Part shown: positions 61,200-64,000 of the stretch, in pieces
Position numbering within the stretch: position 1 is the first letter of the stretch
Layout: each line of letters starts with the position of its first letter
Source of the DNA: Scyliorhinus canicula
Taxonomy: Eukaryota
NCBI RefSeq assembly: GCF_902713615.1
Contig: NC_052146.1
Coordinates: 262,759,350 to 262,823,349 of the forward strand
Reading direction: 5' to 3'
Length of the DNA stretch: 64,000 nt
The notes under the pieces: model-generated
The model's database searches: none
Told to the model about the DNA's origin: nothing
The model's input: the letters and a program-made list of their open reading frames with translations, nothing else
Translations under genes and position numbers: made by a program

Positions 61200-62960
61200 G
61201 TAGAGTTATGGAGCTATTCACAACTCATTTGGCCCATTGAGTTCATGCTGGCTCCCTCCAGAGCAACCTAGTCAATCTCACCCCCTTGCTTGGTTCTCAT
61301 GGTCTTCCAAGTACCCATCCAATTTCCTTTTGAAATTAATGATTGTTTTCACAACCATTGCCTTCGTGGGCAGTGAGTTCCAAGTCATTACCATTCGCAG
61401 TGTAAAATAGATCTTCCTCATATTCCCTTTATATCTCTTTCCCAAAATCTTATCTTTGCGTCCCTTTGCCCTTGTGCAATAAACTAATAAGAGGCACTTT
61501 TCCTTGTCTTCCTTAGCTAAGCCTGTCATAATCTTGTACAACTCTATCAGACCTCCCTTCAATCTCCTTTGCTCCAAGGAGACCAACCCCACCTTTCAAA
61601 CCTAACTTTGCAACTAAACCCTAACCCCGGAGCCATTCTAGTAAATCTCCTCTCCACACACTCAATGACATTCACATCTTTCCTCAAGTGTGGTGACCAG
61701 AGGGGCAGCACAGCGGTGCAATGGCTAACACTGCTGCCTCATGGCGCCGAGGTCCCAGGTTCGATCCCGGCTCTGGGTCACTGTTCGTGTGCAGTCTGCA
61801 CTTTCTCCCCGCGTTTGCGTGGGTTTCGCCCCCACAACCCAAAAGATGTGCCTGGTAGGTGGATTGGCCACGCTAAATTGCCCCTTAATTGGAAAAAATG
61901 AATTGGGTACTCTAAATGTTTTTTTTTAAAGAAAAAAAAAGGGTGGTGACCAGAACTGTGTGCAATACTCTGTTCGGGGCCACCCAAAGATTTATATAGG
62001 TTCAGCATGTGTTTCCTGCTTTTGTGCCTGATGGCTATGGGCAGGAATTTCCACGCAACCCATCTTGTGTTTCGCGGTGACGGAGATGGCCCGACATTGA
62101 CCGGCAGTGGGATCTTCTGGTCTCACCGTTGTCAACAGGGTTTTGTGTTGAATTCACCACTGGGAAACTCGTGATAGGTGTGCGCCATTGGCAGGACCGG
62201 AAGGTCCCACCAGCATGAACGGTAGGACAACCTGCCCTATATTTATGAAATTCAAGATCTCATAAGCTTTGCTGACCACTCTCTCAATATGCCCTCCACC
62301 TTCAAAGACCGGTGCACCCACAAGTCCTGTTCTTGCACAAATGTTAGAATTGTGCCATTAAATCCATATTACCTCTCACTATCCTATTTGCTGAAGTTCT
62401 TCACCTTGCGCTTCTCTGCATTAAATTGCATCTTCCACTTCTCTCAATGTTGTTTACCAACCTTTGATGTGATATCTTTTCAAATGCTTTCTTAAAATCC
62501 ATATAGACAACATCCACTGTATTCCCTTCATCTGTTACTTCATCAGAAATTTCAATTACATTGGTCAAGCATAATCTGCGTTTTACGAATCCATGCTGGC
62601 TCTCCTTAATTCCTCAAACCTCCCCAAATGCCTGTTGATTTCTTTTGTCCAATTTTTATTTCCCACACCTTACCCACCACTGATGTTCGACTAATTGGCC
62701 TATAGTTGCTCGGACTGGCCTTTTACCCTTTCTTGAAGAAGGGTATCACGTTTGCCACCCTTCAAACCTCTAGCACCTTCCCTGTACCGAGGGAAGCTTG
62801 ACAAATTAAGGCAAATCCTTCCACTTTCTCCACTCATTTCTTTTAGCAACCTGGAATGTAAACCATTCTGACCAGGTGACTTATCTACCCTAAGCATTGC
62901 CAGTCTTTCCAGTACCACCTCCCTTTTGGTTTCCAAACTATCCATTATCTCCACTATCTC
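61200..62960 (-). mobile_element. Old CR1 remnant with nested SINE and MITE
   Basis: LVSLEQRRLKGGLIELYKIM and LRVDKSPGQNGLHSRLLKE motifs. Confidence 0.8.
62039..62237. mobile_element. MITE, probably PIF/Harbinger-related; related copy at about 48088-48280
   Basis: Terminal inverted repeat GGGCAGG...CCTGCCC and 3-bp TSD TAT. Confidence 0.65.
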
Positions 62961-62964
62961 TATT

Positions 62965-63955
62965 TCTTCTCATTTAATATTTCCATATTTTATATCCAGC
63001 AAATTATAAATTATGCATTATCAGAAAAAACACCACACAAAAACAAACACATATATTTACAAGCAAGCGTCTTCATAACAACAAATGTGGCTGTGACACT
63101 GCTTTAACTTGCATACATATTTTATATTCCCCAATATGGCTGAGACACATATTTATAGGCATTTATATACAATTTGGCTTGGGCATTAGCTTGTCATTGA
63201 ACCAGTCCCTTGCGGCTTTGTCCTTCCTGCTCGTACCTCGCATTCCTTTTTGTTTCCCTTGCTCCCTCCACTTCTTCTACTGGTTACTGGCTACGAATAG
63301 GTCTTGAAACAAGTTGGTGAACGACTTCCACGTCCCATGGAAGCCGTCTTCCGATCCGTGGATGGCGAATTTTATTTTCTCCAGCCTAGGAAATTACGCC
63401 AAGTTGAACAACCAGCTTTTGCAGCCTTAGGTGGTGTTACTGATCGCCAGCCAAGCCAGGTTCTCCGCCGGGAGATCAAGGAAGCCAAAGCCTAGTGTGT
63501 CGCTCTACCCTCATTCCCACACCCTGGACATGGCCTCGAAGAAGGAAGTCCAATACCTGACAAGCCTGGGGCAAGCCCAGAACATGTGAGTGTGGTTGAC
63601 CGAGCCTCCCTGGCACCATTTGAATTTGTCCTCCACCTCCCGGAAGAACCTGCTTATTTGAGTTTGGGTTAGGTGTGCTCTGTGCACCACCTTTAGCTGT
63701 GTTAGGCTCAGCGGGGGTGAAGTTCGCCCTGTGCAGGCCTTTGATCCAGAGTCCTCCCCCTATCTCTATGCCTAGTTCCTCCTCCCATTTTTTCCTTGTC
63801 TGGTCCGGGGGGAGCGTACTTCCTCCAGAAGTCGCCCATACGTGTCCCCACAGATCCCCTCCCCTGGGCCGTCCCTGATCAGCAGTCTTTCTGCTAGTGA
63901 ATGTCCTAGTATCTGGGGTTCCATTGTTGTTTCTTTGCGGAGGAAGGTTTTGACT
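62965..63955 (-). mobile_element. L1 3' fragment
   Basis: The minus strand encodes WCQGGSVNHTHMFWACPRL, homologous to the L1 at 30622-33498, followed by a T-rich 3' UTR. Confidence 0.8.
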
Positions 63956-64000
63956 TGAATGTGAAAAATGAAATGAAAATCGCTTATTGTCACAAGTAGC

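Noticed and set aside
1-64000. CRISPR arrays, rRNA genes or prokaryotic operons
   Set aside because: None seen; the recurring sequences are dispersed eukaryotic SINEs and LINEs, not regularly spaced repeats.

Overview
Vertebrate genomic DNA from a cartilaginous fish. The HE1/V-SINE and CR1 repeat landscape indicates a shark; the species is not determined. Two complete genes lie on the minus strand: PRPH2 (peripherin-2; 3 coding exons at 12278-11698, 11479-11233 and 5217-4993; 350 aa) and intronless TBCC (23520-22474; 348 aa). A CpG-rich promoter region at about 37.2-40.1 kb holds a candidate + strand non-coding exon (38013-38137). By human synteny (PRPH2-TBCC-BICRAL) this is probably the 5' end of BICRAL, but no BICRAL coding exon was found. 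The rest is mostly transposon-derived: CR1, L2, L1 and Penelope remnants, several SINE families, a solo LTR, a Gypsy remnant and a MITE. Almost all other ORFs in the track are TE fragments or antisense shadows. The most notable unexplained structures are: (1) a ~140-bp, ~89% identical inverted repeat bracketing the terminal coding exon of PRPH2; (2) an 813-bp CpG-rich retroposed insert with a 6-bp TSD, an open unrecognised reading frame and a tandemly duplicated three-way-junction motif at its 3' end; (3) an A-tailed V-SINE subfamily with long TSDs that appears to be L1-mobilised. All alignments and counts were done by eye; repeat boundaries without a stated TSD are approximate.
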